Shown here: positions 17,924 to 29,103 of the stretch, piece by piece
Layout: each line of letters begins with the position of its first letter
How positions within the stretch are numbered: the first letter of the stretch is position 1
Assembly: GCA_047602405.1 (NCBI GenBank)
Contig: JASGHJ010000002.1
Coordinates: 2,688,001-2,752,000, forward strand
Direction of reading: 5' to 3'
DNA: 64,000 bases
From: Anaeromyxobacteraceae bacterium
GTDB taxonomy: Bacteria; Myxococcota; Myxococcia; Myxococcales; Anaeromyxobacteraceae
The notes under the pieces: generated by a model
What the model was told of the DNA's origin: nothing
The model's database searches: none
Seen by the model: the letters and a program-made list of their open reading frames with translations, nothing else
Position numbers and translations under genes: made by a program

Positions 17924-19249
17924 CTACGACTCGGACGACGCCGCCTTGCGGTCGGGGGCGCGTGGTTCGGGTCTCTTCGGGTCCGGCGACGCGCCGGGGC
18001 TTTGCTCGCCCGCGATGCCGAACAGGTCGGCCGCGGCGGTGGGCAGGGTCCCGTCGCCGGAGGCCGCGGCCTCCTTCAGGCGGGAGGTCGGGCCGTGGAG
18101 GAGCTTGTTGACGATGGCCTGCGCCATCGCCTCCACGCTGCGCTTCCCCTTCTCGTCGAGCTTCTGGCCGAGGTGGGCGAGCGTCCGCTCGGCCTCGGCG
18201 CGGGCGATCTGCTCCGCGTGGCGGCGGAGCTCGGAGAGCACCGGCAGGGCCGCCCGGGTCTCCCGCTCCTTCGCGAAGGCCATCACCTCGGCCTCCACGA
18301 TCGCCTCCGCCCGGAGCGCCTCGCCCTTGCGGGCCTCCTGGGTGGAGTTGACCACGCGCTCCATGTCGTCCACGTCGTAGGCGAAGACCTCGCCCATCTC
18401 GGCGCAGGCCGGGTCGACGTTGCGCGGCACCGCGAGGTCGATGAGGCAGAGCGAGCGGGAGCGGCGCGAGCGCATCGCGGTCCCGACGAGCTCCTTCGTG
18501 ACGACGTACGTCGGGGCGCCGGTCGAGACGATCACGACGTCCGCCTCGACGAGCAGCCGCGGGAGCTCCTCGAAGGTCCGGAACAGCCCGCCCACCTGCT
18601 CGGCGAGCGCGAGGCCGCGCTCCGGCGAGCGGTTCGTGACGAGGATCCGGTCGGCGCCGAGCACCGCGAGGGCCTTCGCCGAGAGCGCGCCCATCTTGCC
18701 GGCGCCCACGAGGAGGATGGCCCGGCCCTTCAGGTCTCCGAAGATCTTCTCCACGAGCTCGACGGCGACCTGGGACATCGAGGTCGCGCCCCGCCCGATC
18801 TCGGTCTCGGTGCGGATGCGCTTCGCGGTCGAGAAGGCGCGGTTGCAGAGGCGCGAGATGTAGGAGCCGGCGGTCTGGGCGGAGCTCGCGAGGCCGTAGG
18901 CCTCCTTCACCTGGCCGAGGATCTGCTGCTCGCCGACGACCATCGAGTCCAGTGACGAAGAGACCCGGAACAGGTGCCGGATCGCCTCGACGCCGCGGCG
19001 CACGTAGACGTGGTCGCCGGCGGCCTGGGAGCGGGAGGTGAAGAACCCGCGCGCCGCGGCCTCCGACTCGGCGTGGACGAACACCTCCACGCGGTTGCAG
19101 GTCGAGACCACGAAGGCCTCGTCCACCCCGGGCTCGGCCTTGAGCGCCTGCATCGCGACCTTGAGCGCGTCGCCGGTCAGCGCGACCTTCTCGCGGACCT
19201 CGATGGGCGCGCTCTTGTGCGACAGGCCGACGAGGAACAGCTCCTTCAC
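17924..19249 (-). CDS. hemA: Glutamyl-tRNA reductase
   Basis: [53 protein letters not shown] start overlaps upstream stop (GTGA). Confidence 0.95.
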   Translation of the reverse strand: MKELFLVGLSHKSAPIEVREKVALTGDALKVAMQALKAEPGVDEAFVVSTCNRVEVFVHAESEAAARGFFTSRSQAAGDHVYVRRGVEAIRHLFRVSSSLDSMVVGEQQILGQVKEAYGLASSAQTAGSYISRLCNRAFSTAKRIRTETEIGRGATSMSQVAVELVEKIFGDLKGRAILLVGAGKMGALSAKALAVLGADRILVTNRSPERGLALAEQVGGLFRTFEELPRLLVEADVVIVSTGAPTYVVTKELVGTAMRSRRSRSLCLIDLAVPRNVDPACAEMGEVFAYDVDDMERVVNSTQEARKGEALRAEAIVEAEVMAFAKERETRAALPVLSELRRHAEQIARAEAERTLAHLGQKLDEKGKRSVEAMAQAIVNKLLHGPTSRLKEAAASGDGTLPTAAADLFGIAGEQSPGASPDPKRPEPRAPDRKAASSES

Positions 19250-20118
19250 GGCCGCGCCTCCGTCGTGGCGGGCGCGCCGGCGGGCTCGGTCAGCCCGTAG
19301 TTGCCGGTGTGGCGGGTGATGCCCGGGACCATCTTCATCGTCACCATCGAGCTCATCACGATGGCGAAGCCGACGAGGGTGAGGAGCGCGTAGCGGCGGC
19401 CGTGCCACCCGGAGTGGCGCAGCTGCACCATCGCGCCGTAGAGGAGCCACACGCCCACCGAGACCACCTGCTGCGGGTCCCACGACCAGGCCGTCTTCCA
19501 GACGCTGGTCGCGGTGACGGTGCCGGCGACGAGCGCCACCGAGAAGACGACGAAGCCCGCCCGCACGAGCCGCTGGTTCATGCGATCGAGCTGGTCGAGC
19601 GAGGGCAGGCGCGAGAAGAGGGCGCCGAAGCGCTTGCCCTTCACCTCGCGCTCCTGGAGGAGGTACATGACCCCCACGCCGAACGCGATGGCGAAGAGGG
19701 CCACCCCGAGCACCGCCGACATGATGTGGATGGTGATGGCCGGGTGGCGCACCATCTCCGGCGCGATGTCCGGGTGGCCGGGGGTCCCGAAGAGCGCCGG
19801 CGTGAGCAGCACCAGGGTGAACGGGGTGACGAACGCCCCGAGGCTCGGCAGCCGGTAGAAGCGGTGCAGGAGCAGGTAGGCGCCCGTCACGAGCCAGACG
19901 AGCAGGACCACCCCGCCGCGCAGGCCGAAGAACTCGCGGCCGCCGAACTCGGCGCAGCCCGCGCCGATGGCCATCGCGTGGACGACGAACCCGCCGAGCT
20001 GCCACCAGAAGCCGAACGTGGCCGCGGCCGTATGCCGCGGGCGCGCGAAGTAGAGGATGTAGCCGGCGGCGCCGACGAGGTACAGCAGGGCTGCGATGCG
20101 TAGGATCTCGATGCTCAT
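19246..20118 (-). CDS. ccsA: Cytochrome c assembly protein (CcsA/HemX-like membrane protein)
   Basis: Multi-[16 protein letters not shown] motif; directly upstream of hemA. Confidence 0.8.
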   Translation of the reverse strand: MSIEILRIAALLYLVGAAGYILYFARPRHTAAATFGFWWQLGGFVVHAMAIGAGCAEFGGREFFGLRGGVVLLVWLVTGAYLLLHRFYRLPSLGAFVTPFTLVLLTPALFGTPGHPDIAPEMVRHPAITIHIMSAVLGVALFAIAFGVGVMYLLQEREVKGKRFGALFSRLPSLDQLDRMNQRLVRAGFVVFSVALVAGTVTATSVWKTAWSWDPQQVVSVGVWLLYGAMVQLRHSGWHGRRYALLTLVGFAIVMSSMVTMKMVPGITRHTGNYGLTEPAGAPATTEARP

Positions 20119-20147
20119 GGCTTCTTCCCGGGCTTCAGAGAGCCCGG

Positions 20148-20615
20148 TCAGGACAGGTTGTCGAGCAGGAAGCGGGCGAGGGCCTCGGCCTCCTTGCGCT
20201 TCTCCTCGAGCTCCTTCGGCAGCGGCGCGCCGCCGAGCGGCTTCGACCGCGCCTCCTCGGCCGGCTTCTTCTTCGCCGGTCCGGAGGGCGCCGTCGCGGC
20301 CGCCTGCAGCACGCTCGCCTCGGCGAGGAACCCCTGCTGCACCTCGTAGACGAGGTCCCCGACGATGCAGGAGTCTCCGGCGGGCTCGGCGCCCATGTCC
20401 TTGAGCTGCGACATGGGCTTCACCTTGTGGACGAGGGCGTTCGGGTCGGTCTCGCCCGACAGGAGCTTCATGAACCGGATCGCCGGCTCGAGGGCGTAGC
20501 TCCTCCCCGACCCCTCCCCCGAGAGGAGGGTCATCACGTTGCCGACGAAGTCGATCTTCCCCTGGTCCGCCCAGGAGTCGAGCATCGCCTGCGATACGAA
20601 GAGGAGTCCCGCCAT
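20148..20615 (-). CDS. Hypothetical protein
   Basis: Good codon bias; same-strand order with ccsA-hemACD. Confidence 0.7.
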   Translation of the reverse strand: MAGLLFVSQAMLDSWADQGKIDFVGNVMTLLSGEGSGRSYALEPAIRFMKLLSGETDPNALVHKVKPMSQLKDMGAEPAGDSCIVGDLVYEVQQGFLAEASVLQAAATAPSGPAKKKPAEEARSKPLGGAPLPKELEEKRKEAEALARFLLDNLS

Positions 20616-20713
20616 GGTGCCGCGCGGAAATTACCACCAAAGGCGACACCCTTGCCAGGGTCAGACCCAGCGGCTAAACAAGGCCCCCTCCAGCCTTCCA
20701 CCGGAGCGAAACC

Positions 20714-21046
20714 ATGGCCTCGAACGACCTCGTCATCCTGCAGGACGCCACCTTCGACAAGGAGGTCCTGAAGTCCGACGTCCCCGTGCTCGTCGACTTC
20801 TGGGCGGTGTGGTGCGGCCCCTGCAAGGCGATCGCGCCGCACGTCGAGGCGCTCGCCTCCGAGTACAAGGGCAAGGTGAAGGTCGCGAAGATGGACGTGG
20901 ACGAGCACCAGCAGGTGCCCCAGCAGTACGGCATCCGCTCCATCCCGACCCTGCTCGTCTTCAAGGGCGGCCGCGTGGTCGACACGATCGTCGGCGCGGT
21001 CCCGAAGGCGAAGCTCGAGGAGTCGCTGAAGAAGGCGATGGGCTAG
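20714..21046 (+). CDS. trxA: Thioredoxin
   Basis: [19 protein letters not shown]. Confidence 0.96.
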   Translation: MASNDLVILQDATFDKEVLKSDVPVLVDFWAVWCGPCKAIAPHVEALASEYKGKVKVAKMDVDEHQQVPQQYGIRSIPTLLVFKGGRVVDTIVGAVPKAKLEESLKKAMG

Positions 21047-21081
21047 CTGTTCGTGGGATGCGCAGCATCCCACGAACCTGC
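21044..21081 (+). repeat. REP-like hairpin, possible bidirectional terminator (TAG-CT-stem-GCA-stem-CTGC family)
   Basis: 13-bp perfect stem GTTCGTGGGATGC/GCATCCCACGAAC; homologous to 44181-44216. Confidence 0.65.
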
Positions 21082-21101
21082 CTCTCCCCCGGGCGTCGCG
21101 G

Positions 21102-22223
21102 CTAATTCACGAACCGTCTCATCCCCAGGTTCGCGAGCAGCCCCATGGCCGCGTAGATCACGAGCACGGACGAGCCGCCGTAGCTCATGAGCGGCAGGGT
21201 CACGCCGACCACGGGGAGCACGCCGGTCACCATCCCGACGTTGATGGTGACCTGCCAGAAGAGCATCCCGACGAGCCCCACCGCGAGGAAGCTCCCGAAC
21301 CGGTCGCGGGCGTTGCCGGCGATCTCGATCGCGCTCGCGATGAGGACGAAGTAGAGCGCGAGGAGGAGCAGGCAGCCCACGAAGCCGCGCTCCTCGGCCC
21401 ACACCGAGAAGATGAAGTCGGTGTGCTGCTCGGGCAGGAACGAGAGGTAGGTCTGGGTCCCCTGCCCCCAGCCCTTCCCGAAGCCCTGGCCCGAGCCGAC
21501 CGCGATCATCGACTGCGTCGCGTGGTAGCCCGCGCCGAGGGCGTCCTTGCCCGGGTCGAGGAACGTCTCGACGCGCTTCTTCTGGTACGGCTTCAGGTGC
21601 GGGTAGACGAACACCGCGCCGCTCACCGCGACCGTGGCGAGGATCGCGAGCGTCTTCCAGCGCACCCGCGCGAAGAGGATCTGGGTCATCCCCGTCGCGA
21701 CGATGATGAGCGCGGTGCCGAGGTCGGGCTGCTTCAGCGTGAGCACCGCCGGCAGGAGGATGATCGCGAACGGGATGAGGAGGCCCACGAGCCCGTAGCC
21801 CTCCTTGCCGCGCCGCTCGGCGTCGCGGCTGAACCAGGCGGCGAGCGCCAGCGCCACCGCGAGCTTCGCGAGCTCGGAGGGCTGCAGGTTGATGGGCCCG
21901 AGGTCGAGCCAGCGCCGGGCGCCCATCACCACCTTGCCCTTCACGAAGACGAGCAGGAGGAGCCCCACCGTGGCGCCGTAGGCGAGCCAGGCGAGCCGCT
22001 GGAAGGTGCGGGTGTCGAACAGGCAGATGCCGAGGGCGATCACGGCGCCGGCGCCCATGAACCAGCTCTGCTGGATCCAGACCGGCGCGTGCGCGCTGCG
22101 GGAGGCGGAGGCGAGGTTCCAGATCCCGATCACCGAGATCGCGAGCGTGACGAACGCGAGGTGCCACGGGAAGTGGGCGAAGATCCGCCGCTGCGGCGAC
22201 GCGGAGAAGCTGATGTCAGCCAC
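21102..22223 (-). CDS. rodA: Rod shape-determining protein RodA (SEDS)
   Basis: GARRW, QPSELAK, QPDLGTA, LPEQHTDFIFS, LPLMSYGGSS. Confidence 0.95.
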   Translation of the reverse strand: MADISFSASPQRRIFAHFPWHLAFVTLAISVIGIWNLASASRSAHAPVWIQQSWFMGAGAVIALGICLFDTRTFQRLAWLAYGATVGLLLLVFVKGKVVMGARRWLDLGPINLQPSELAKLAVALALAAWFSRDAERRGKEGYGLVGLLIPFAIILLPAVLTLKQPDLGTALIIVATGMTQILFARVRWKTLAILATVAVSGAVFVYPHLKPYQKKRVETFLDPGKDALGAGYHATQSMIAVGSGQGFGKGWGQGTQTYLSFLPEQHTDFIFSVWAEERGFVGCLLLLALYFVLIASAIEIAGNARDRFGSFLAVGLVGMLFWQVTINVGMVTGVLPVVGVTLPLMSYGGSSVLVIYAAMGLLANLGMRRFVN

Positions 22224-24273
22224 GCTTCACCTCGAGCCGGGCTTCCGCGGGCCGGAACTCGCCCATCTGCGGCTTCCAGGGCTTCCAGGGCGCGAGCGGC
22301 GGCACGGACGACGGGGACGGCGCGGGCGAGCCGGCGGGCAGCGTCCCGGGCGGCGTCCCGGCGCGCTCGGCGTCGTCCTGCGCCTTCAGGCGGACCCAGG
22401 CCTTCACGACCTCGACCGCCGTGGGGGCGGCGTTCGACGCGCCGAAGCCGGAGTGCTCGTTGAGCACGACCACCACGATCTGCGGATCGTCCGCCGGCGC
22501 GAAGGTCACGAACCAGGCGTGGTCGCGCTGCGCGTAGGGCACCTGCGAGGCCTTGAGGCGGACGGCGCCGATCTTCACGACCTGGGCGGTGCCGGTCTTC
22601 CCGGCGAGCTTCACCTCGAGGTCCTTCGGACGGACGCCGTAGGCCGTGCCGAACGGCTCGTTGACCGCGGCGAGCAGCCCCTTCAGCACCGCCGCCCGGG
22701 TCTCCGGCGCGATGCGCGGGCGGGACTTCTCCTGCGGCGCGAACTGCTGGAGCACGCGCCCTTCGGCGTCCTCGACCCGGAGCACCACCTGCGGCTTCCA
22801 GACGATCCCGGTCGCGAGCGCGCCGTAGAACACCACCTGCTGCATCGGCGTGACGTTCACGTCGCCCTGGCCGATGGCGAGGTTCACCGGCATGCCGCGC
22901 TGGTAGCCCCCCGGGATCCGGGCGTCGTGCCACTTCACGTCGGGCACGATGCCGGGCACCTCGCCCGCGACGTCGAAGCCGGTCGGCACCCCGAGCCCGA
23001 AGGCGTTCGCCCACTTCGCGAGCGGGTCGGCGCCGAGGCGGGCGCCCGCCTCGTAGAAGAAGACGTCGCAGCTCGCGCCGAGCGCGTGCTCGAAGTCGAC
23101 GTAGCCGTGGCCCGACTCCTTGTCGCAGCGCCAGCGGTACTTCCCCATCGTGAAGTGGCCGGGGCAGAAGACCTGGGTGGTGGGCTTGAAGACGCCCTCC
23201 TCCATCGCCGCGATCGAGGTGAGCGCCTTGAAGGTCGAGCCGGGGTGGTAGTGCTGCTGGATCGCCCGGAAGAGCTCGGGCTGCAGCGGGTCGGAGTGGA
23301 TCGCGGCGAGCTCGGCGGAGGTGATGCGGCCGGACATCTTGTTCGGGTCGGGCGCGGGCCGGTCGACGAGCGCGAGCAGGAAGCCGGTCTTCGCGTCCAT
23401 CGCGATCACCGCGCCCGCGGTGGCGGGGAACGTCTTCTCGGCGATCTCCTGGAGGCGCCAGTCGATCGAGAGCACGAGGTTGTGACCGGGCGTCGAGCGC
23501 ACCACCCGCTGGTCCTCGGGGATGAGCTCGTCGGCGTCGTCCTTGCGGCGGCCCTTCGCGTCGACGGGGACACGCTCCTTCCCGTCCACGCCGCGCAGCT
23601 CGCGCTCCCAGCGGCGCTCGAGCCCGCGGCGGCCGACGTAGTCGCCCACGAGGTAGGCCGACTGCGAGGCCTTGTCCCGCTGCAGGTCGTCGTTGAGCTT
23701 CTTGAGCTCCTCGGGCCCGGCCTCGTTCATGTAGCCGATGAGGTGGCCGCCGAGCGAGCCGTAGCGGTAGTTGCGGTGGGGCGTCGCCTGCACGTCGATG
23801 CCCGGCAGGTCCATCTGGTTCGCGAGGAAGAGGTCGAGCTCCTCGCGCGGGATGTCCACCTTCACGGTGAAGGGGCGGAAGCGCTCGAGCTTCTTCGCCG
23901 AGCGGAGCTGGTTCCGCGCGCGCTCGAGCTCCTCCTCCGACATCGCGAGCATCGTCGCCAGGCGGGAGAGCACGTCCTCGCAGGTCTTGCCGCAGAAGTA
24001 GGGCGTCAAGGAGACGTCGTAGGAGGGGCGCGCGTCGACGAGGATCCGGCGGTTCTTGTCGAGCACCTGCCCGCGGTCGGCGGGCTGGCGGAGCTCCTTC
24101 ACGAAGTTCTCGTCCGCCTTCTCCTTGAACTCGTCGCCGCGCAGCACCTGCAGCTGGTAGAGGCGGCCGAGGAGCACGAGGAAGGCGACCACCATCACGC
24201 CGGTCGCCCAGAACAGGCGGGGCCTGAACTCCTTCTGCGAGGCGCCGGGGGCGCTGGGGGGCAGGAGCGACAT
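22216..24273 (-). CDS. mrdA: Penicillin-binding protein 2
   Basis: PGSTFK (SxxK), SCD (SxN-like), GKTGTAQ; between mreD and rodA. Confidence 0.95.
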   Translation of the reverse strand: MSLLPPSAPGASQKEFRPRLFWATGVMVVAFLVLLGRLYQLQVLRGDEFKEKADENFVKELRQPADRGQVLDKNRRILVDARPSYDVSLTPYFCGKTCEDVLSRLATMLAMSEEELERARNQLRSAKKLERFRPFTVKVDIPREELDLFLANQMDLPGIDVQATPHRNYRYGSLGGHLIGYMNEAGPEELKKLNDDLQRDKASQSAYLVGDYVGRRGLERRWERELRGVDGKERVPVDAKGRRKDDADELIPEDQRVVRSTPGHNLVLSIDWRLQEIAEKTFPATAGAVIAMDAKTGFLLALVDRPAPDPNKMSGRITSAELAAIHSDPLQPELFRAIQQHYHPGSTFKALTSIAAMEEGVFKPTTQVFCPGHFTMGKYRWRCDKESGHGYVDFEHALGASCDVFFYEAGARLGADPLAKWANAFGLGVPTGFDVAGEVPGIVPDVKWHDARIPGGYQRGMPVNLAIGQGDVNVTPMQQVVFYGALATGIVWKPQVVLRVEDAEGRVLQQFAPQEKSRPRIAPETRAAVLKGLLAAVNEPFGTAYGVRPKDLEVKLAGKTGTAQVVKIGAVRLKASQVPYAQRDHAWFVTFAPADDPQIVVVVLNEHSGFGASNAAPTAVEVVKAWVRLKAQDDAERAGTPPGTLPAGSPAPSPSSVPPLAPWKPWKPQMGEFRPAEARLEVKRG

Positions 24274-24279
24274 CGGCGG

Positions 24280-24789
24280 TCAGGGCAGGAGGCCCGGCTC
24301 CTCGCGATCGAACAGGAGGTCCACCCGGCGCAGGAGCGCGAGCACCGCCGGCGAGGCGGCCGCGGTGCACACGGCCTCCACGGCGATGCGGCCGGCGAGG
24401 GTGGCGCCCGGCGCGAGCTCCGGGGCGGAGGTGAAGCGGGTGAGGAGGAGCGCGCCCAGCGCGAGGACCGCCGCCGCGAGCCCGGAGAGCGCCGCGAAGG
24501 GCGCCCGGCCCCGCACGTCGACCGCCGCGGCGACCGCGCGGGCGAGCACGAAGACCAGCACGCACAGGAAGGTGTGGAGCCCCTTCGGCGCGCCGGTCAC
24601 GACGTCGAGCACGTAGCCGGTGCCGGCGGCGGCCACCGAGCCGTCGACGTTGTTCTCGTGGAGGCCGAGGTAGACCACCACCGAGGCGAGCAGGGAGAGC
24701 GAGAAGGCCCCGCCGCCCAGCCAGGTGAGGAGCGCCGCCTGCGCCGCCGCGAGCAGGAGCGCCACGAGGACGTGCGCGAGCGCCTTCAC
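24280..24789 (-). CDS. mreD: MreD-like membrane protein
   Basis: Hydrophobic ~170 aa with GYVLDV motif between mreC and mrdA; GTGA overlap with mreC. Confidence 0.7.
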   Translation of the reverse strand: MKALAHVLVALLLAAAQAALLTWLGGGAFSLSLLASVVVYLGLHENNVDGSVAAAGTGYVLDVVTGAPKGLHTFLCVLVFVLARAVAAAVDVRGRAPFAALSGLAAAVLALGALLLTRFTSAPELAPGATLAGRIAVEAVCTAAASPAVLALLRRVDLLFDREEPGLLP

Positions 24790-25661
24790 GGCGCGGTCCC
24801 CGGCGCGAGCGCGGCCGGCATCACGTCGTTCGACCGCTCCCAGCGGGTGACGACGAGGACCTCCTCGATGCGGGTCACGTCCACGGCCGGCGCGACCCGC
24901 GCGTCCATGAAGAGCCCGTGCGCGTTCTTCTCGAGGTGGTGGACGCGGCCGACCGGCAGCCCGCGGGGGAACACGCCGTCGGTGCCGGCGGTCACGAGGA
25001 GGTCGCCCTCGATCATGTCCTCGGAGCGGAGCGCGTAGTCGAGCCGGGCGGCGTCGGGCTTGCCGAGGCCGCGCACGTTGGCGCGGGCGCGGGTGCGCTC
25101 GACGCGCACGGCGATGGAGCTGTTGCGGTCGGAGAGCACCAGCACGTCGGCGGTCGTGTCCGACACGCTGTGCACCCGCCCCACCACGCCGTCCGCGACC
25201 ACCACCGGCATCGAACGGTCCACGCCGTCCTTCAGCCCGCGGTCGAGGGTGACGAGCTGCAACCCGGTGGGCCCGAGCTTCACGCCGATGATGCGCGCGC
25301 CCACGTAGGTGCGCTCGGACGCGCCGGCCTGGAAGGCGAGGAGGTGCCGGAGCCGCTCGACCTCGACGCGCTCGGAGAGGAGCTCGAGCCGCTCGAGGCG
25401 CAGGCGGTTCACCTCCTGCGACAGCTCGACGGCGCGCTCGTGCGCGTGTCGGAGGCCGACGTACCCCGACCAGGCGTTCATCGTCCCGGTGACGGCCCAC
25501 GCGACCCCCCGCTCGAGGGGCGTGGTGAGCCAGAGCACCGCCCGATCGAGGCGCGTGCGGTCGCTCGGCTTGCGCGCGTGGGCGAAGAAGACGCCGAGGG
25601 GGACGAGGAGGAGCACCGAGACCAGGATGAGCTCTCGGTACCGCCTGAGGAGCGCGAGCAC
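24786..25661 (-). CDS. mreC: Rod shape-determining protein MreC
   Basis: N-terminal TM, coiled coil, LDRGLKDGV, GVVGRV, TAGTDGVFPRGLPVG. Confidence 0.92.
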   Translation of the reverse strand: MLALLRRYRELILVSVLLLVPLGVFFAHARKPSDRTRLDRAVLWLTTPLERGVAWAVTGTMNAWSGYVGLRHAHERAVELSQEVNRLRLERLELLSERVEVERLRHLLAFQAGASERTYVGARIIGVKLGPTGLQLVTLDRGLKDGVDRSMPVVVADGVVGRVHSVSDTTADVLVLSDRNSSIAVRVERTRARANVRGLGKPDAARLDYALRSEDMIEGDLLVTAGTDGVFPRGLPVGRVHHLEKNAHGLFMDARVAPAVDVTRIEEVLVVTRWERSNDVMPAALAPGTAP

Positions 25662-25865
25662 GCGACTTTGACTCCGGGCTGCTGGTTACCTACCGCTGGG
25701 TTGCTGCGGACGGCTGGGCTTCGGGTGACGGCACGGGATGGGCGCGGAGATCCGGCGTGTAGGCCGGAATCACTTGCATTTTAGCCCCTGTTGACTAGGG
25801 TGTTCAACCTCGCAGCGCTCCCGTGAGGGGGCGCCGACCCTTCAACAACCGGGAGCACCCGTTTC

Positions 25866-27431
25866 ATGCTCGACGTCCTGCGTGACAACAAGCGCGGCCT
25901 GTTCAGCTGGATCATCATCCTCGGCCTCGCCGCCATCTTCGCCATCTACTTCGGTGGGCCGGGCTCGCTGTCCCGCCAGAAGGGCGGCGGCGTGTCCGGC
26001 GGCACCGCCCAGTACGCCGCCCGCGTGAACGGCGAGGTGGTCGGGGCGATGGAGTTCGAGAAGCAGGTCAACCGGCTCTTCGAGGTCTACCGCGCCCAGT
26101 CGGGCGGGCAGCTCACCCGGGAGCTGGCGGTCCAGCTCGGCCTGACGACCCAGGCCCTCGACATGCTCATCGACCGCAAGGTCGTGATCCAGGAGGCGAA
26201 GCGGCGCGGGATCCTGATCCCGGACGAGGAGGTCGCGAAGGAGATCGCCCAGAACCAGGCGTTCTTCGTGAACGGCAAGTTCGACCGCGCCGCCTACCGC
26301 GAGATCGCCCGCCAGAACTTCGGCAACGAGGCGCGCTTCGAGGACGCCATCCGCGAGGACATGCTCTACCGGCAGCTGACCGGCGCCGTGGAGCAGACCG
26401 TGAAGGTCTCGCCCGCCGACGTCCGCCAGACCTGGGAGCAGGCCAACGACCGCGTCGCGCTGCGGTACGTCCTCTTCCCCCGCACGGCGCTCGAGGCCGA
26501 GGTGAAGCCCACCGACGCCGAGGCCACCGCGTTCGCGCAGAAGGAGGCCGCGAAGATCCAGGCCTTCTACGACGGGAACAAGGCGCGCTTCGAGCAGAAG
26601 GCGAAGGCCAAGGTCCGCCACGTCCTCGCCCGCGTGGCCGAGGGCGACGCCGCCGCCGACGCGGCCGCGAAGAAGCGCATCGAGGAGGCCGCGGCCCGCG
26701 TCCAGAAGGGCGAGGACTTCGCCGCCGTCGCCGCGTCGCTCTCCGACGACGAGAACACGAAGCTCAAGGGCGGCGACCTCGGCTACGTCGCCGAGGGGCT
26801 CTACGACGAGGCCTTCGTGAAGGCCGCGCTCGCCCTCAAGAAGGGCGAGGTCTCCCCCCCGGTGCGCACGCAGGCCGGCTGGCACCTCGTGAAGGCCGAC
26901 GAGATCGTCCCGGCGAAGACCACCACCCTCGAGGAGGCGAAGCTCCAGATCGCGAAGGAGCTCATCGCGAAGGAGCGCGCCGTGAAGCTCGGCGCCGAGA
27001 AGGCCGCCGCCGCGCTCGCCGCCGCCCAGAAGGTGAAGGAGCCCGGCAAGCAGCTCGCCGGCTTCAAGGCGAAGCTCGGGGGCCGCGACCTCGCCGCCGC
27101 CGAGACCGGCGCCTTCGAGGCGAGCTCCGAGGTCGTCCCCCAGCTCGGCCTGGTCAAGGAGCTCCGCGACGCCGCCCTCGCCGCCAGCGCGGGCACGCTG
27201 CTCCCGAAGGTCTACGAGACGGCCGCCGGCCCGGTGGTCGCCGAGGTAGTCACCCGCGAGCGCCCGGATCCCGCGAAGTGGGAGAAGGACAAGGACGCCG
27301 CCACCGACGCCCTGCGCCGCCAGCGCAGCTACGTCGCGCAGCAGGCGTGGGTGAAGACCCTCCGCGACGCCGCGAAGATCGAGAAGAACGAGGTCTACCT
27401 CGCCGAGGTCGCGCCCGGCGCCCGGCGGTAG
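25866..27431 (+). CDS. ppiD: SurA-N/parvulin peptidyl-prolyl isomerase (PpiD-like)
   Basis: N-terminal [26 protein letters not shown]...KGGDLG, GWHLVK. Confidence 0.8.
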   Translation: MLDVLRDNKRGLFSWIIILGLAAIFAIYFGGPGSLSRQKGGGVSGGTAQYAARVNGEVVGAMEFEKQVNRLFEVYRAQSGGQLTRELAVQLGLTTQALDMLIDRKVVIQEAKRRGILIPDEEVAKEIAQNQAFFVNGKFDRAAYREIARQNFGNEARFEDAIREDMLYRQLTGAVEQTVKVSPADVRQTWEQANDRVALRYVLFPRTALEAEVKPTDAEATAFAQKEAAKIQAFYDGNKARFEQKAKAKVRHVLARVAEGDAAADAAAKKRIEEAAARVQKGEDFAAVAASLSDDENTKLKGGDLGYVAEGLYDEAFVKAALALKKGEVSPPVRTQAGWHLVKADEIVPAKTTTLEEAKLQIAKELIAKERAVKLGAEKAAAALAAAQKVKEPGKQLAGFKAKLGGRDLAAAETGAFEASSEVVPQLGLVKELRDAALAASAGTLLPKVYETAAGPVVAEVVTRERPDPAKWEKDKDAATDALRRQRSYVAQQAWVKTLRDAAKIEKNEVYLAEVAPGARR

Positions 27432-27433
27432 CC

Positions 27434-28015
27434 GTGCCCCGCCTCGTCCTTGCCTCGCAGAGCCCACGCCGGCGCGAGCTGCTCGCCGGCCTGGGCCTCG
27501 CGCTCGACGTGCGCCCCGCGCACGCCGACGAGTCCCAGCGGCCGGGCGAGGCGCCCGCCGACTACGTCCTGCGCGTCGCGCGCGACAAGGCCCGGGCCGT
27601 GCCCGGCGACGTCGTGCTCGGCGCCGACACCGCGGTCGTGGTCCGCGGCGCCATCCTGGGCAAGCCCGCCGACGAGGCGGACGCGCGCCGCATGCTCCGG
27701 GCCCTCTCGGGCGAGGTGCACGAGGTCCTGACCGGCGTCTGCGTGCGCCGGAACGCCGGGACGCTCGGGGTCGAGCTCGACGCGGTGGTGTCGACCGAGG
27801 TCCGCTTCCAGCGCCTCACCACCGCGCAGATCGACTGGTACGTCTCCACCGGCGAGCCCCTCGACAAGGCCGGCGCCTACGCCCTGCAGGGTGCGGGCGG
27901 CGTCTTCGTGGCCGGCGTCGAGGGCTCGGTCTCCAACGTGATCGGGCTGCCGCTCGGCGAGACCGTCGACCTCCTCCGGCACGCCGGCTTCCCCCTGCCC
28001 TGGGAGTCGCCGTGA
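27434..28015 (+). CDS. maf: Maf-family nucleoside triphosphate pyrophosphatase
   Basis: [37 protein letters not shown]. Confidence 0.92.
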   Translation: MPRLVLASQSPRRRELLAGLGLALDVRPAHADESQRPGEAPADYVLRVARDKARAVPGDVVLGADTAVVVRGAILGKPADEADARRMLRALSGEVHEVLTGVCVRRNAGTLGVELDAVVSTEVRFQRLTTAQIDWYVSTGEPLDKAGAYALQGAGGVFVAGVEGSVSNVIGLPLGETVDLLRHAGFPLPWESP

Positions 28016-28665
28016 GCGTCGGCGACCGCGCCCGCGCCATCCTCGCCAGGATCCCCGCCGGCGCGACGCTCGTCGCGGTGTCGAAGACGCAGCCCGCCGA
28101 CGCGATCCGCGAGGCCTACGCGGCCGGGGTCCGCGACTTCGGGGAGAACTACGCGCAGGAGTGGCGGGCGAAGGCCGACGCGCTCGCCGACCTCGCCGAC
28201 CTCCGGTGGCACTTCATCGGCTCCCTGCAGACCAACAAGGCGAGGCTGCTCGCCGGCCGGGTGGCCTGCGTCCACGCGGTCGACCGGCTCGAGCTCGCGC
28301 GCGAGCTCTCGAAGCGGTGGGCCGCGCTCGGAAAGACGCTGAAGGTCTTCCTCGAGGTGAACACCGGCGGCGAGGCGTCGAAGGGCGGCTGCGCGCCCGG
28401 AGGGGTGGAGGCGCTCGCGGCCGCGGTGAAGGCGCTCCCCGCGATCGAGCTCGTCGGGCTCATGTGCATCCCGCCGCCCGAGGACGATCCCCGGCCGCAC
28501 TTCCGCACGCTCCGCGCGCTGCGCGACCGGCTCGGCCTGCGGGAGCTGTCGATGGGCATGAGCGCCGACTGGGAGGCCGCCCTCGAGGAGGGCTCGACCT
28601 TCGTGCGGGTCGGCAGCGCCATATTCGGCGCGCGGCCGCCAAGAGCCGACCCATCCCGAGCGTAG
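28012..28665 (+). CDS. yggS: PLP homeostasis protein (YggS family)
   Basis: [41 protein letters not shown]. Confidence 0.94.
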   Translation: MSVGDRARAILARIPAGATLVAVSKTQPADAIREAYAAGVRDFGENYAQEWRAKADALADLADLRWHFIGSLQTNKARLLAGRVACVHAVDRLELARELSKRWAALGKTLKVFLEVNTGGEASKGGCAPGGVEALAAAVKALPAIELVGLMCIPPPEDDPRPHFRTLRALRDRLGLRELSMGMSADWEAALEEGSTFVRVGSAIFGARPPRADPSRA

Positions 28666-28699
28666 CGGCCGCGCCAGCGGCCGCGGAGTCGAGGGACGG
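28652..28699 (+). repeat. REP-like element (TCCCGAGCGTAGC...GCGGAGTCGAGGGA family)
   Basis: Imperfect palindrome; contains the yggS stop codon; matches 32335-32427. Confidence 0.65.
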
Positions 28700-28729
28700 C
28701 GCGCGGCCTCCAGCAGAGGGACGGAGGCC

Positions 28730-28948
28730 CTAGATCCCCTTGAGCTTCAGCCGGCCCTCGTCGGTCACGGTCACCAGGTACTCCTGGCCGCAGTAGTAGC
28801 AGCGGATCTCGTCTCCGTTGCCGAAGCCGTCGTCCCAGGGGTTGTTGGCGTTGCAGTCGGGGCAGTCGAAGTCCTTGAACCGGCGCTCCGCGCCCTCGCC
28901 ACCCGGTTGCTTCTCGTCCTCGTCGTCGTACGTCCGGTCGTACGGCAT
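28730..28948 (-). CDS. Small acidic zinc-ribbon-like protein
   Basis: CPDC...CYYC in 72 aa. Confidence 0.65.
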   Translation of the reverse strand: MPYDRTYDDEDEKQPGGEGAERRFKDFDCPDCNANNPWDDGFGNGDEIRCYYCGQEYLVTVTDEGRLKLKGI

Positions 28949-29103
28949 CTCTGAAGGCCCCTCCCCGGCCCGCAGCGTACACGGGATCGGGTGTGCGTGT
29001 GTGGGTGCCCGCACCGGCCCCGGCCCTGGGTTAGGATCAGGGCATGGAATACACTGGCCTGCCCGGCCGTCGGATCGGCATGCGGCCGCGGAGAACACGC
29101 CGG

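Noticed and set aside
15490..18111. 873-aa ORF beginning in the IS5 transposase
   Set aside because: Only the first ~120 aa are transposase; the rest is antisense shadow of hemD and hemC.
24786..25865. Missing mreB upstream of mreC as a deletion
   Set aside because: No remnant is visible; mreB can be encoded elsewhere, which cannot be assessed from this window.
28730..28948. LysW carrier protein
   Set aside because: Zinc-ribbon-like, but lacks the C-terminal EDWGE motif and lysine/arginine pathway neighbours.
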